The notes under the pieces: generated by a model
What the model saw: only the letters and a program-made list of their open reading frames with translations
Told to the model about the DNA's origin: nothing
Databases searched by the model: none
Part shown: one piece after another, positions 51,401 through 64,000 of the stretch
How positions within the stretch are numbered: the stretch's first letter is position 1
Layout of the letters: each line of letters starts with the position of its first letter
DNA from: Tubulanus polymorphus
Lineage: Eukaryota; Animalia; Nemertea
Assembly (NCBI RefSeq): GCF_964204645.1
Contig: NC_134029.1
Coordinates: 12,922,850-12,986,849 of the forward strand
Direction: 5' to 3'
DNA length: 64,000 nucleotides
Program-made: the position numbers and the translations under genes

Positions 51401-54208
51401 AATCAAGCAAAAAGTATCATAGCAAATAAGCTAAAACAATATTCTCGGTTTTCCGATATAACCAATGAAGTAATGCAACATTCTGATAATTTAAACATGG
51501 AGGTTTACGATGAATTGGCACCAAACTGTCAACAGGATAATGCAGAAACTGAATGTGATACATCAACTGTTCAAACAGAATACTTGTATTTTGATCCTGA
51601 TCGTCCTTTAAATCAAATGGATCATGATATTGCTCATGACTTATCACTTAACACTAGTAGATATACAAACACTGTCATTGCAAGCTGTGTGTTCTAAAGA
51701 GATTTTGCTACAAAAACTTAGGCTTTTAAATATTAAACAAAGGGAATTCTTCACCCATGTGCTCCATTCTATAAAGATCAATAATGAACCTACTTATGCT
51801 TTCCTTACAGGTGGTGCTGGTGTTGGTAAATCTGTAGTTATCCATGCCTTATATCAGTCCTTACAAAGATATCTATGCTCTTCTGCTGGTCAGAACTTCA
51901 CTAACATGAGGATTCTGTTGTGTGCCCCTACAGGTAATGCTGCGTTTAATATAAAAGGAGTCACATTACACAAAGCTTTTGGTTTACCCGTCAGTCAGGG
52001 TAAAATCAAAGATCTGTCTCCAGATGTCCTTAATACATATGCTATGAAGTATAAAGATCTATCAGTAATAATAATTGATGAAATTTCAATGGTCGGTAAC
52101 AAAATTTTCAATAATATTAATAGGCGGTTACAACAAATCAAAGGAAACAAATCTGATTTCGGTGGTGTTTCATTAATTGTTGTTGGTGATTTATTTCAGT
52201 TACAACCTGTTTTTGATGACTGGATATTTAATGATCTGAAAGATATGTATGGACCTCTTGCTACAAACTTATGGCAGAAAGATTTCTTCATGTATGAACT
52301 TACAGACATCATGCGTCAGAAAGATGACCAAGAATTTGCTTTCCTACTCAATAGAATAAGAGAAGGTGAACATACACAGGCCGATGTAAATCTCATCAAA
52401 ACTCGAATTATCGAGCCCACTCAATGGTCAAAATTTCGTGAATTGCACCACCTTTGTGCTCTTAATAGAGATGTTGCTGCTCACAATTCACAGACTTTTG
52501 AAATGGCCACTGGCCAAAAGGTAATAATTCATGCGATTGATGCAGTCCAAGGAAATATTACCTCAGATACTAAAGCCCGTATCTTAAAAAAAATCCTCGC
52601 CCTCTGAGAATAACAACAATAAAACTGCTGGATTGCACACTGAGGTTAAATTAGCCTTTGGTTTGCTGTACTCTATTACCGTGAATCTAGCTGTTGAAGA
52701 TGGCCTTACTACTGGTGTCACCTGTACCCTAAAACATATTGATTATCATATGCAAAACAGCAATCGTCCAAGTATTCTCTGGGTTCTTTTTGATGATCAA
52801 CAAATTGGCATAATTCAACGAACTAAAAAATACAGTATGTTTAAGTCTAATGTGGTAGAAAATACTTGGACTCCAATTTTTGATACTAAACGTTCCTTCC
52901 AGTTTTCATACAGTCAATCTACAGGTGGAATATCAGTAATTAGAATACAATTTCCCCTTACACAAGCTGCTGCAAGGTCAGTTCATAAAGCCCAGGGAAG
53001 TACTCTATCTGAAATCTGTTTGGATTTAAATTCAAGAAGAAAATGGACCCATTTACATTATGTTGCTCTTAGTCGCGTCACTAAATTATCTGGACTCCAT
53101 CTCAAAGATTTTGATGAATCTAAAATTGCTGTGTCTTCAGATACCATTTTGCAGATGGAAACTTTGAGAAGAGAAAAGTTGATTAAATTAACTTACACTC
53201 CAGTTTACAAATTACCAGTCTCAAGCTTTAAGTTGATTTTCCATAATGCGCAGTCACTGCATTTTCATTATAAAGATATTATCAAGGATCAAAATTTCCA
53301 AGCAGCCCACATCATTGTTTTTGCTGAATCAAGACTTCAATCCAACCAAATTTATGAAATAGAAAATCATTTATTTCATCAAAATAAAAGCTGTAATGCT
53401 TATCATGGTATTACTACATATATTCACCGTGATATCCCTTTCTCAATACAATCTGTATATAATACACCTGAGTAAGAATATACATTTTTTATTGCCACCT
53501 TTAATTTTATCACTTATCAGTTAGTTTTCCTGTATAAATCACCAAAAACTCAAACTTCTGTATTTAAACAGCTTATTATGGCTGATGGTGGACTAGCTAC
53601 AATGTTACAAATTAACTTACCTTTTATCATCCTTGGTGATTTCAATGAAAATGTTCTTAATGATGAGAAACCCATAACTAAGTTCTTGACCTCAATATTT
53701 TACTGTACCCAACATGTGAAACAGCCTACTACCGATTATAATACTGCCATAGATTTAATTTTTTCAAATATAATAGATTTAAATACTGATTTTCTAGAGT
53801 GCCCTTGGTCTGACCACAAAGCACTTATTGCCCATGTCCCAGTAGACAATTAAGCTAATTAAATAGACAGGTAATCAATCAGATCACCTTACCAACCAAA
53901 ATTTCTCCAAAGACAAATTGACCCATTTCCTTGGACCCAGCTTTAATCATCTAGTGTGCATGCAAATTGAGAATTCGAGGTGTGTGATGTTTGAATGCAA
54001 TCAGGGAAGTGTAATGACTAGGGATAAATAGTACATGTATTTCTGAAGATACAGACACTGGGGATTATAGGCTGGTGAACTATTGTGCTAGTTGCCGCAT
54101 TGTTATATTGTACATTGGTATTATGATAGAGTCTTTACACATATTGTGAGTAAACAATGAGAATTAAATGCTGGACAGATTTTTTTGCTCAGCTGATGAC
54201 ATGTTTAA

Positions 54209-54374
54209 CGGGTCATTCATTTATTACGTACGCATTAGAGGAGGGGTAAGTGCAATTGCGTACTGTAATGCTTATTTTATATGAAACAAATGGCCGATTT
54301 TGCGTACAGGGGGGGGGGGGGTAGGAGGGTTGAAAAATTCAAATTTGATGCGTACGTTATAAATGAATGATCCC
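54209..54374. mobile_element. Harbinger/Tourist-type MITE
   Basis: TIR (c)gggtcattcatttattacgtacgca / tgcgtacgttataaatgaatgatccc, TSD TAA. Confidence 0.8.
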
Positions 54375-54470
54375 TAAGTGGTACTAAGTAGTTAATTAAT
54401 TATGGTTTTTAGGGTAATTGAATGAATAATTAAGTTATTTGGTTGGCTTGGTAGTAATGTGGTTAACATG

Positions 54471-55188
54471 GGTATACGGAAAAAATGCCACCAGCAGAAA
54501 TGCCACCAGAAAAAATGCCACAAAATTTCGCAACATAGGAAAAAATGCCACTTTTTGTATAGTAGGAAAAAATGCCACCAGGAAAAAATAAAGATATTTA
54601 CATACATAGATTTAAGTTGACTGCATTAATTATCAGTCATTTATCAATGATCTCTTTCTATTGAATTTCAATTTAACTATTGTGTCTGGCTGTATTTCAG
54701 TACCCCTAAGTTTCCCGCTTTAAAGTTTCTTTAGTTTGTGGCTGATTTTATGTTGTAAATTAACCCTACCTTGTACTATTTTACCTTAGTGCCTCCTAGT
54801 CTACTATGCTTGAAATTTTTTTAGTTTATAACTGCCTTTATATTGCCCCCTTGTTTATATCATTATAAAATATGCAAAATACTATGTACATCACTTGTTA
54901 AACAAAATATTGTTAGACTATTCTTAGTTAAAATCAAATTCATAATCAGTAGTGTAAAGTAGTTAAATTTCGAATGTGTACATAATCTGGATAGAAAAAG
55001 TCTGAAAATAAACTGTAGCATTTTATTATCATCATTTTAAACTGTTGGAAAAATCATTGGTGGCATTTTTTCAACTTAGATTTCGAGATTGTAATACTTT
55101 ATCCCAGGAATAAGAATTTTGGTGGCATTTTTTCCTACTGTCATTTCCACTGGTGGCATTTTTACCAGTGGCATTTTTTCCTACAATC
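54471..55188. mobile_element. Mutator-like MITE with AAAAATGCCAC-repeat TIRs
   Basis: 9-bp TSD GTTAACATG (54462-54470, 55189-55197) and inverted arrays of aaaaatgccac / gtggcattttt. Confidence 0.88.
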
Positions 55189-55667
55189 GTTAACATGTTA
55201 TGTGTAAAATATTTGCATGATGAACTGCATATTTTTTTTAAATACTTCATTATTGTAATTCATTTTTTAACGTTTTTATGTCATGTGGCATTTTAATGTG
55301 TGATTTAATGTCAGTTTTTTTATAAGGAATTGTATTAATTCTATCAGAGTATAAATTTGTTTGGGTGTATTCTTTAAGCAGTTCTTTGTCTCAGCGCAAA
55401 CATACACCGATGTTACATGCGAATAAATCATACAATTACATGTAACATTCTACATACTTCTGTTTAGCAGTGTCATCATTGTAATCCACTTTCAATTTTT
55501 ACCTATTGTGAATGTATTTGATATAAAATAAAAGATCACATATTTCTTTTTGTAAGCAAATTTTATTTATTAATAAAAACATGAGTAATATTTAATCATA
55601 TAGAGGTATACTTTGTGTCAGTCAGCTCTTATACTTCGGTAGGTCTTTTCGTCAGGCACTCCACCTC

Positions 55668-55816
55668 ACAAGAGCTCGTAATTGAAGTTTGGGGGTGAAC
55701 TGTTACTAATAGATTATCCGATATCCAAAATAAAATAAAGAATGGGATGATCTAAAAGCAACAGTTCACCGCCACCAAACTTTTTATGGACTTTCGCTTT
55801 TAGCGAAGCCCGTTTT
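55668..55816 (+). other. Inverted repeat plus terminal stem-loop; candidate Helentron/HINE-like end
   Basis: aagtttgggggtgaactgtt / aacagttcaccgccaccaaactt, then the hairpin ggactttcgct-ttt-agcgaagccc followed by a T run, downstream of the Helitron ORF. Confidence 0.35.
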
Positions 55817-56303
55817 GCTATCGCATTAGACACAAGTACTTCCTTTTTGGTACAAAATAACGTGCGAAAGAGGCTTAGTTTCTCTTCTGAACTTGTAAAA
55901 TATTCAGTGCAATAATAAAATCTCTAACCCTATTGAATTTCGTTAGAAAACGTTGCTTCTTTGTTGATTTAGTTATTTTGTGGGAACATCTTCTCGGAAG
56001 AACACATGTATTGTTATACTACATGTAGTATTGTTACTATGTTCTTCGACCGTTACCAGCGCGATCGTGTGGACTCTCCGATCCACGCTTATTCTGGTGA
56101 GTAATTACATCGCTCGTTTTTCTGTGAAATATGTTTGTTTTAACCCTGTAGGCCTACTTGTTTCATTTACCACGGATAATTTGTATGTAGGCCAAGTCTA
56201 TTACGCATATTACTGCTATATGTACTGTAGTGTAGTGGAACCTATAAACCATAAGAATTAATATGACAAGTCGAACACTGGGAGTGCACTAGGAGGTGAG
56301 GAG

Positions 56304-57420
56304 CGGTGTTGTCATATCGCGGAAAGACGGAATCGCGGAATTTTCCAAAAACGCGGAATTTCTTCATTTTTACTTTAAATAGTAAACGAGTTTTCCCACG
56401 GGGATACCCACTGTCGGACAGCGCACCGGACCGATCGATGCAACGAGTTAGGTTCGAATCCCATTTTTGCAGGCAATTTTATATGGAAATATTATATTAC
56501 GATACCGTTGACTGGCTGCCACCTGTAGAAGAAGTCAGAATCAAGTGGGGTGAAAGAGACCAGGCACCTAATGTCTATTTCTACTAGGCAAACTTCGGTT
56601 ATCGAAGTTCATCGACTTTTTGAGAACTTCAGAAACGAATATTATCAGATAAATATTGAGCACGTTCGCGGTGTAGGACCGTAGTTGTAGATGGTTGCAA
56701 ACATGAAATCCTACGACCAAACAAGTACCGGTTCAAATTCCTTTGAAATTATTATAATTTTACGGCCGTCCAGTACCGGTACCAATAAGATTCTTTTGAT
56801 CCAAATAATCAGCATAGGGACATATATGTTATAGCAGTCACAAAGTAAACATAAAAAAAAACGAAACCATTTTATAATCTTTCATATCATTTAATTCTAA
56901 AAGATAAACCACATTCGCTTATAACAACAATGTAGACACACAACACGCATGAACAATCCTAAGCCAGAATGAAATATACATAATGTCTATTTATTTTCGT
57001 CTGACATCGATCCAGTTCAACAGTTGTGAGTTAACTGTTTTAAATCCAGAGACCAGAGTCAAATCTTAACTCGGAAATGAGTCCTGGAGAATGACCCATG
57101 ATGTCATCACAAATCCTACGTTTACGTACCATCGATTTGTATTCCTTCAGTTAATGCAGCGATACTCTGTATCACTGAATTCGCAAAGCACGTATTGCCT
57201 AGGTTCTCCATTATTTGGAACAGTATCGTTAAGTTGTTGACTGGCGATATAATAAATTATCAAATACTAATTCCCGGTGTTGAAAACCTGGGTCCGGTGC
57301 CCTGTCCGACAGTGGGTATCCCCGTGGGAAAACCCCGTTTACTATTTATAGTAAAAATGAAGAAATTCCGCGTTTTTGGAAAATTCCGCGATTCCGTCTT
57401 TCCGCGATATGACAACACCG
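56304..57420. mobile_element. Non-autonomous TIR element, Mutator-like (9-bp TSD)
   Basis: ~128-bp TIRs CGGTGTTGTCATATCGCGGAAAGACGG... TSD GGTGAGGAG (56295-56303, 57421-57429). Confidence 0.9.
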
Positions 57421-58141
57421 GGTGAGGAGGCCACTGAGTGAGTGTGAGGACCATCTGTCGGTCTCACTGTCCGATAATTATGGTCGGTAATCAGGCTGCG
57501 GTTTAGTTTTTCAAGATTGAGTTTGTACTAAAGGGGAAGGTTAATTTTTAATGTTCAACCCCATAGATTAGTGTGCAGTAATTTTGCTGGCATTTCATTG
57601 AGATTGTCAGTCGATTGAAGCATTTTGACAGTCATTCTGTGTCCTTACTATAAGCTTAGAGAGCATAAAATATAAAACTATTGAAGCGAAACGACGATAC
57701 ACAATGTGGAAAAATTATTCCATGTTTATCGTTCAGATGACATATTGGTGCCTATTGATATTTTCAAGAATATATTTATTATATTCAAACTATCTTATTT
57801 CCATTTCCACAGAATTAAAAAACCTATTTCGTTGTTTCGTATTGTGGATCTGTGTTTTTACCTAATGATCCTTCTGCGCACTTCACCTATCATCATGCCT
57901 CACATAGGCTTTCAACTTCACACGTGTACTGCTGACGACACGATCCGATCCTTTATTTTCTTTGAAACATAGGTTAGTCACATACTAGATACACAATTGC
58001 GATTTATTGAGATAGTTTCCAATATCGGTCTGTGAATTTAGCTATTAATTGTCAATGAGGGTTCATCAAACTACCAGACCGTGCAGACGTTAGTGTTGTG
58101 CCTGGTCCCTAAAAATTCTACAACGTCAACGTCTGACTTTT

Positions 58142-61100
58142 CATTATGAGAATGCCGGTTTGCTAGCGTATCTATTTAACACCCGTATTGCTCGGGTTAG
58201 TTTCACTATCAACGGGTGGCGCTGTATGTAAATTTCACATAAATCAACGACTTTCGGCTATTAGTGGTACTTAAGACCACTTGAAAACATCATAGTCAAT
58301 TACGGTAGTAGTGAACATAAAACGATACAGTACAAAGATACAGTACGGTGTACAGTTAAGGACATGATTCCATAGGATCCATACCAGAGACATTTTGTTC
58401 AGACAAGGACTATTAGTTAAACACTAATCTTCATTTTCAGCAATTAACGATCTGGTGAATTAATTAGTGATTCGGTCTTTCGGTGGTTCGAGATAAAATG
58501 CCCGCAAAATAAGAACCTAACGAACCAGGGCTGACCACAAATTGCTCAACAGATAAATTTTCGAAACGACACAATCCAATCATGTTTGGTATCAAATGTG
58601 GCGTGGACCATGGTCTTTTAACTGACCATTGCATGACCAGTACTGACCATATAGTAAATTATTTGTTTGCAAACAATTAAGTTGTTTGGTGTCAAATAAC
58701 TAGATATGATGTGGGCATTAATCTAAAAATTGTTTAACTGACCAATGCTTGACCAGTATAGACCAGTTACCAGTGCTAACCAGAACCCCCATAAGTAATT
58801 TATATGTTTAGTGAATCCTTCGTTAGTACTACTAGCTCTTAAATTTGTCGCTTGAAAAAGTCTTGTCCGATTTTTTGTTGTAGGTAGCGAGCTAACTTTG
58901 AAATTCCGCTAAAATGCATAAGATTTTTACGTAGGGTTTTGAACGAACAACGTTTCCATTTGTAATTGTAACGTGCGCATTTGAGCCTGTAACGTGCACA
59001 TTTCACTCGCGTGAACGTGCGTATCGGTACCAACATGCGAGACTTGTCAAACTTTTACGATCAAGACTTTTAAACTGAACAAAGAAGATATCATATCATA
59101 TTATATATACATGAATAGATGGAATGATAATGTAGTAGTTTTAAATGTTTCGTAGCTGCTGTCCACTGACCACAGATCAAAGCTAATTGCCTGATATGAA
59201 ATATATTTTTGTTATAGAGATGTAGTAGATCAGTGAGAATTCAAACTTATGGTTAATTTTGAGTGATCACAACGCTAACCAATAGAGAAAGCTGTAAGGC
59301 CCAAGAAAAGATGCATTAAGTATAACATATCTTTCAATATAATGATGAGGTATTCAACTGGCCATCACAACAATAGTTTGACTTATCTTATTGAAAAATA
59401 CCGGAGTGTTAATGGGAAAACCTTGAATTCGAAACAATTCCACACTCAATCGTTTACTTTGAAAACACAATTTGCATTTTGTGGACATGTATTTTTTTCT
59501 GCACCAATAGCATGAAGTATATTATCTTTGCTTGTAAAAATTTGGAATTTTGGGGAAGATTTTTGGCCTCGTTAACCTGTGAACACGTCCTTCATATATT
59601 TTCTAAGACCGACCCTTGAAATAATGCTGAGAGTTTCGAGGATAATTTTGGTTGGATGTAAACTTAGGCTGCTTCGTATCCGTGGAGGGTTGCTAATTAT
59701 TGATTCTATACACAATAATCATAAGTACCATGAGATTCGATAGAATATCGTTTTTCAATCATACGTACACGAATTATCGCGATATAAAGATAAATAATAT
59801 GTTCATATACTTTTTACGTCTTATACTGTATATTTCGTTAGTAGTATAAATAAAGAGTGGATCAGAAGGCCACCTGAGACCATTCCACGATCTAAGGTCA
59901 GTTGCCATAAGTTAGTAAGTTTACCAGTGGATAGTTTACATTTATAATGGCAATTAAATGTTCATTGCTAAAATAACTCTGTACTTGTTGACTCAAAAGC
60001 AGAGAATTGAAAATACGATAATACGATACGAAAACTCAGTGAACAAATTCAAAAAGATTATCTCTAGTGAGAGATCGAACGTTGTGTCGTAATTTTCTAA
60101 TGATAAAACATGGTTTAAATTTGAAATGTGTACATAGTTGATCTTTTTCAGTGTATTTAGTCATGTATCATATTGGATGATGGTTAATTTAAACTATCTT
60201 TTGAGAAACGGGTCCCAGAGCTGTATCCTTTACCCCTGTAATAGAGGATGCAATCTATTTGCTACAAACAGCTAGGCCCTATATATATTTGTATCCCCCA
60301 AGGGCCCATCAGCATGAGAAAAATTGGATCGATCGGACTCAAGATCGGTACCAACATGCGAGACTTGTCAAACTTTTACGATCAAGACTTTTAAACTGAA
60401 CAAAGAAGATATCATATCATATTATATATACATGAATAGATGGAATGATAATGTAGTAGTTTGAAATGTTTCGTAGCTGCTGTCCACTGACCACCATTAT
60501 GAGAATGCCGGTTTGCTAGCGTATCTATTTAACACCCGTATTGCTCGGGTGACTTTTACTACCAACGGGTGGCGCTGTGTGTAAATTTCACATAAATCAA
60601 CGACTTTCGGCTATTAGCGGTACTTAAGACCACTTGAAAACATCATAGTCAATTACGGTAGTAGTGAACATAAAAAGTTACAGTTCGGTGTACAGCACCA
60701 TAGCACCCATATAATACCACATACATTTTATTCAGACTAAGGACTGTTAACACTGATCTTCATTTCCATCAATTAATGATCTGTTGAATTAATTAGTAAT
60801 TCAGTCTTTCGGTGGTTCGAGATAAAATGCCCGCAAAATAAGAACTAACGAACCAGGGCTGACCACAAATTGCCCAACAGATAAATTTTCCGAAACGACA
60901 CAATAATGTTTAGTATCAAATAACTCGTGGCGTGGACCTTGGTCTATCAACTGACCAATGCATGACCAGTACTGGCTATATAGTAAATTATCTGTTTTGC
61001 AAACAATTAAGTTATTTGGTGTCAAATAACTAGATATAATGTGGACATTAAACTAAAAATTGTTTAACTGACCAATGCTTGACCAGTACTGACCAGTTAC

Positions 61101-62962
61101 CACTAACAAGAACCCACCATATGTAATTTATATGTTTAGTAAAGCAATAAAATCGTGTTTGGGCGTCGAGCTACTAGATACGGTGCGGGCTATGATCTAA
61201 CAACTATTTAACTGACCAATATTTTACCAATACTGACCTTAAAGTAATTTGTTTATTCTAGAAGCAACACAGTCGTGTTTGGTGTCTAATAATTAGAAAT
61301 GGTGTGGGCTTTCATCTAACAACTATTCAAGTGACCAAATCTTGACCAATACTGACCACATAGCTATATTTATCTGTTTCGGACACAACTTAGTCGTGTC
61401 TCGTATCAAATAATTTCATTCGGTCTGAACGTAAATATAACAACTCTTTTACCTGTACAAGCTACACCAGTACTGTCTAATTACCGGTTAAATGTTTTTT
61501 TAGAAATAACACGGGGTATTGCCTGAATCCTTCGTCAGTACTACTCTTATTAAATGTGTCGTTTTAAAAGTCTTGTCCAATTTTTATTGTAGGAAGCGAG
61601 CTTACTTTGAAATTTCCCACTAAATGCAAAAGATTTTCACATCGGGTTTTGAACGAACAACGTTTCGATTTGTAATTGTAACGTGCGCATTTTAGCCTGT
61701 AACGTGCACATTTCACTAGTGTGAACGTGCGTATCGGTACCATTATGCGAAACTTGTCAAACTTTTGCGTTCAAGACGTTTAAACTGAACACTAAAGGAG
61801 ATATTATATCATATCATATCATATCATATATATGAATAATGAATAGATGGAAGATAATGTAGTAGTTTTGAATGTTTCGTAACTGCTGTCCACTGACCGC
61901 AGATCATCGAAGTTAATCGCCTCATATGAAATATATATTCGTTATAAGGGATGTAGTAGTTCAGTGAGAATTCAAACTTATGGGTAATTTTAAGTGATCA
62001 CAACGCTGACTAATAGAGAAAGCTGTATCACAACAAAAGTGCGACTTACGTATCTTCTTGAAACATTGTAAAATACCGGAGAGTAAATGGGAGAACCCTG
62101 AATTCGAAAAAATTCCACACTCGGATCCTTTACTTTGAAAACACAATTTGCAATTTGTGGACATCCATTATTTCTGCACCAAAAGCATGAAGTATATCAT
62201 CTTTGCTCGTAAAAATTTGAAATTTTGAGGAAGATTTTTGGCCTCGTTAACCTGTGAACACGCCCTTCATATATTTTCTAAGACCGATCTTGATATAATG
62301 CTGAGAGTTTAGAGAAAATTATGGTAGGATGTAAACTTAGGCTGCTTCGTATCCGTGGAGGGTTGCTAATTATTGATCTTATACACAATAATCATAAGTA
62401 CGTAACACGAGACTCCATAGAATATCGTTTTTCAATCATACGTACACAAATTATTGCGATATAAAGATAAATAGTACTTTAATATACTTTTTACTTCTTA
62501 TACTGAATATTTCTTTAGTAGTATTAATAAAGAGTGGATCAGCAGGCTACCTGAGCCCATTCCACGATTTGAGGTCAGTTGCCAAAAGTTAGTAAGTTTA
62601 CATACCAGTGGATAGTTAACATTTAAAATGACAATTAAAACTTCATTGCTAAAAATAACTTTGTATTCGTAGAATAGTCACACTCAAATGCGGAGAATTG
62701 ATAATACCATAATACGATACGAAAATTCACTGTGTACAAATTCAAAAGGATGATCTCTAGTGAACAATCGAACGTTGTGTCGTTATTTTCTAATGATAAA
62801 ACTTGGTTTGAGATTTGAAATGTGTACATATTGGATCTTTTTCATATTAACAGTGTATTTGGTCATGTATCATATTGTATAATGGTTAATTTAAACTAAC
62901 TGGTTTTAGAGTTGTATCCTTAAATCCTGTAATAGAGGATGCAATCTTTTTGCGGCAAACAG
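58142..62962. repeat. Diverged tandem duplication of a ~2.1-2.5-kb non-coding unit (58142-60270, 60495-62962)
   Basis: Both copies start cattatgagaatgccggtttgctagcg and are colinear with many substitutions and indels. Internal ~120-bp actgacca-rich subrepeats are more numerous in copy 2. 59023-59173 is re-copied at 60344-60494. Confidence 0.9.
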
Positions 62963-64000
62963 TACAAATAGCTAGAAAAAGCAACGATAGTGCATTGGTA
63001 AACTTAAAGCAAGCGTACATTGGTTGTTTAGGTTTTTCGTTGGGAAAATTAATGTTTAATCATTATTGAAATATCCGAGGCGAGCTTTTCCAGGAATTTA
63101 CAAAGTTGAGCTTTACACAAGGAATTTTTTTGTAGTCCGATATCCGTGATTACCTCTGGCTTGGAGAGATACAATCTAAAACCAACCGTCGAGTCAAATA
63201 TTTTACCACAATTTTCTATGATTAGTAAAAAGATTAAGTAATAGACATAGGCATGCAAACAGTAATATCTGAAGTCCACTCCATTTCAAACTCATTCATC
63301 TTTACACAAACTCCAACTTGTTGAACACTTCAAAATCGCGTGGCTTGAATTATTACGATAGCTAAAATCAGGGACCACGATACTTGCTCATCTACACTGG
63401 CTTCCAATTTAACAAAGGATTGAATTTGAGTGTTTGATGTTGTAACAATAGGCCTACCATACTGAATTATGGATTCGGTTTCTACTTTTTGATTGAACAT
63501 TTATATCACATATTGGGTCATTTCATTTTTACCAGTATAGGCCTAATTGGAAGAACCTATCCGTATATCATGTTTAATTTTATATAATCTGACTTTTGAG
63601 ATGTCATTCAATCAATGCATTCATATGCGGTCGTCGCTTTCAATAGCCACACGAACTGACTCCTTAGCGATACCTTGGCGGACGATCCCACACGTTTCTT
63701 GCTCCAGCCCTAGAATGCTCAATTATAAGGCGCTTTTGCGAAATTGAATCTGATTCGGTTTAGCTAAATCCGATTCGATGTTGGAAAACGAATGGATTAG
63801 TAAGTCGAATCGTTTTTCGTAAATGAGTCGAATCAATTTATCAATCTAAAGGTCGCGATTCGAAAGAAAATGGGCGTCAATGGTGACCGAATTATTGATA
63901 GATGATGGTCTGCAATAGATGTCTTTAGCCCGCGGTCGAAGAGGACGCCATGTTGGATTTCACTGACTAAATCGCCACTAACTTGCTCGCCGAGCAAGTT

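Larger units (their letters stand above)
41919..53853 (+). pseudogene. Helitron2/Helentron-type polyprotein: C76-like protease remnant, 21-aa repeats, DUF6570-like domain, HUH Rep, PIF1 helicase, AP endonuclease; interrupted by Sola2
   Basis: GPIYVCSSCHR, LEERLIAPRIPFMQI, GNVVNVP, FAPGQ, EELAFP, AMIRQLGLPTWF. Rep: FYRVEMQQRGSAHIH (HUH), YIVSYINK. Helicase: GGAGVGKS, IIDEISMV, GDLFQLQPV, HKAQGSTL, YVALSRV. Endonuclease: HNAQSL, GDFN, IDLIF, SDH. Multiple frameshifts and stops, including a 55-bp duplication at 49670-49780. Confidence 0.93.

Noticed and set aside
56306-57454. Paired ORFs with an identical peptide (LSYRGKTESRNFPKTRNFF)
   Set aside because: They are the two TIRs of the 56304-57420 element read in opposite directions.
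63000-64000. Host gene or promoter at the right edge (short ORFs, cgccatgttgg motif)
   Set aside because: No recognisable protein motifs or exon structure within the window.

Overview
AT-rich eukaryotic DNA, probably a marine invertebrate (inferred from the transposon repertoire), made almost entirely of nested, mostly decayed mobile elements. No host gene could be supported. The centrepiece is a complete-ended Polinton/Maverick (adintovirus-like) endogenous virus at 11214-36773, with a 6-bp TSD CAGGTG and ~400-bp TIRs. It encodes a retroviral-type integrase with chromodomain, a packaging ATPase, a major capsid protein, a protein-primed PolB and several unknown or membrane ORFs. It carries an apparently exact 3 x 3312-bp triplication of its capsid module and a gag-less Ty3/Gypsy insertion. 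Three features stand out. (i) Each terminus is itself a 194-nt hairpin whose mismatches are mostly G-T on the 3'-end strand, and a related 343-nt hairpin end of a second Polinton at 3806-4148 shows the same polarity and covariation. (ii) Six viral genes start in a poxvirus-late-like TAAATG context. (iii) Perfect heat-shock elements lie next to the left TIR. The rest of the window holds a Transib/Chapaev/RAG1-like transposase ORF running off the left edge, BEL/Pao fragments, a Harbinger transposase pseudogene, and a Helitron2/Helentron-type ORF (C76-like protease remnant, Rep, PIF1, AP endonuclease) interrupted by a spliced Sola2 transposon. It also holds many MITEs with clear TSDs, a solo LTR, minisatellites and a diverged ~2.2-kb tandem duplication. 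All protein family assignments come from motif recognition by eye, not database searches.
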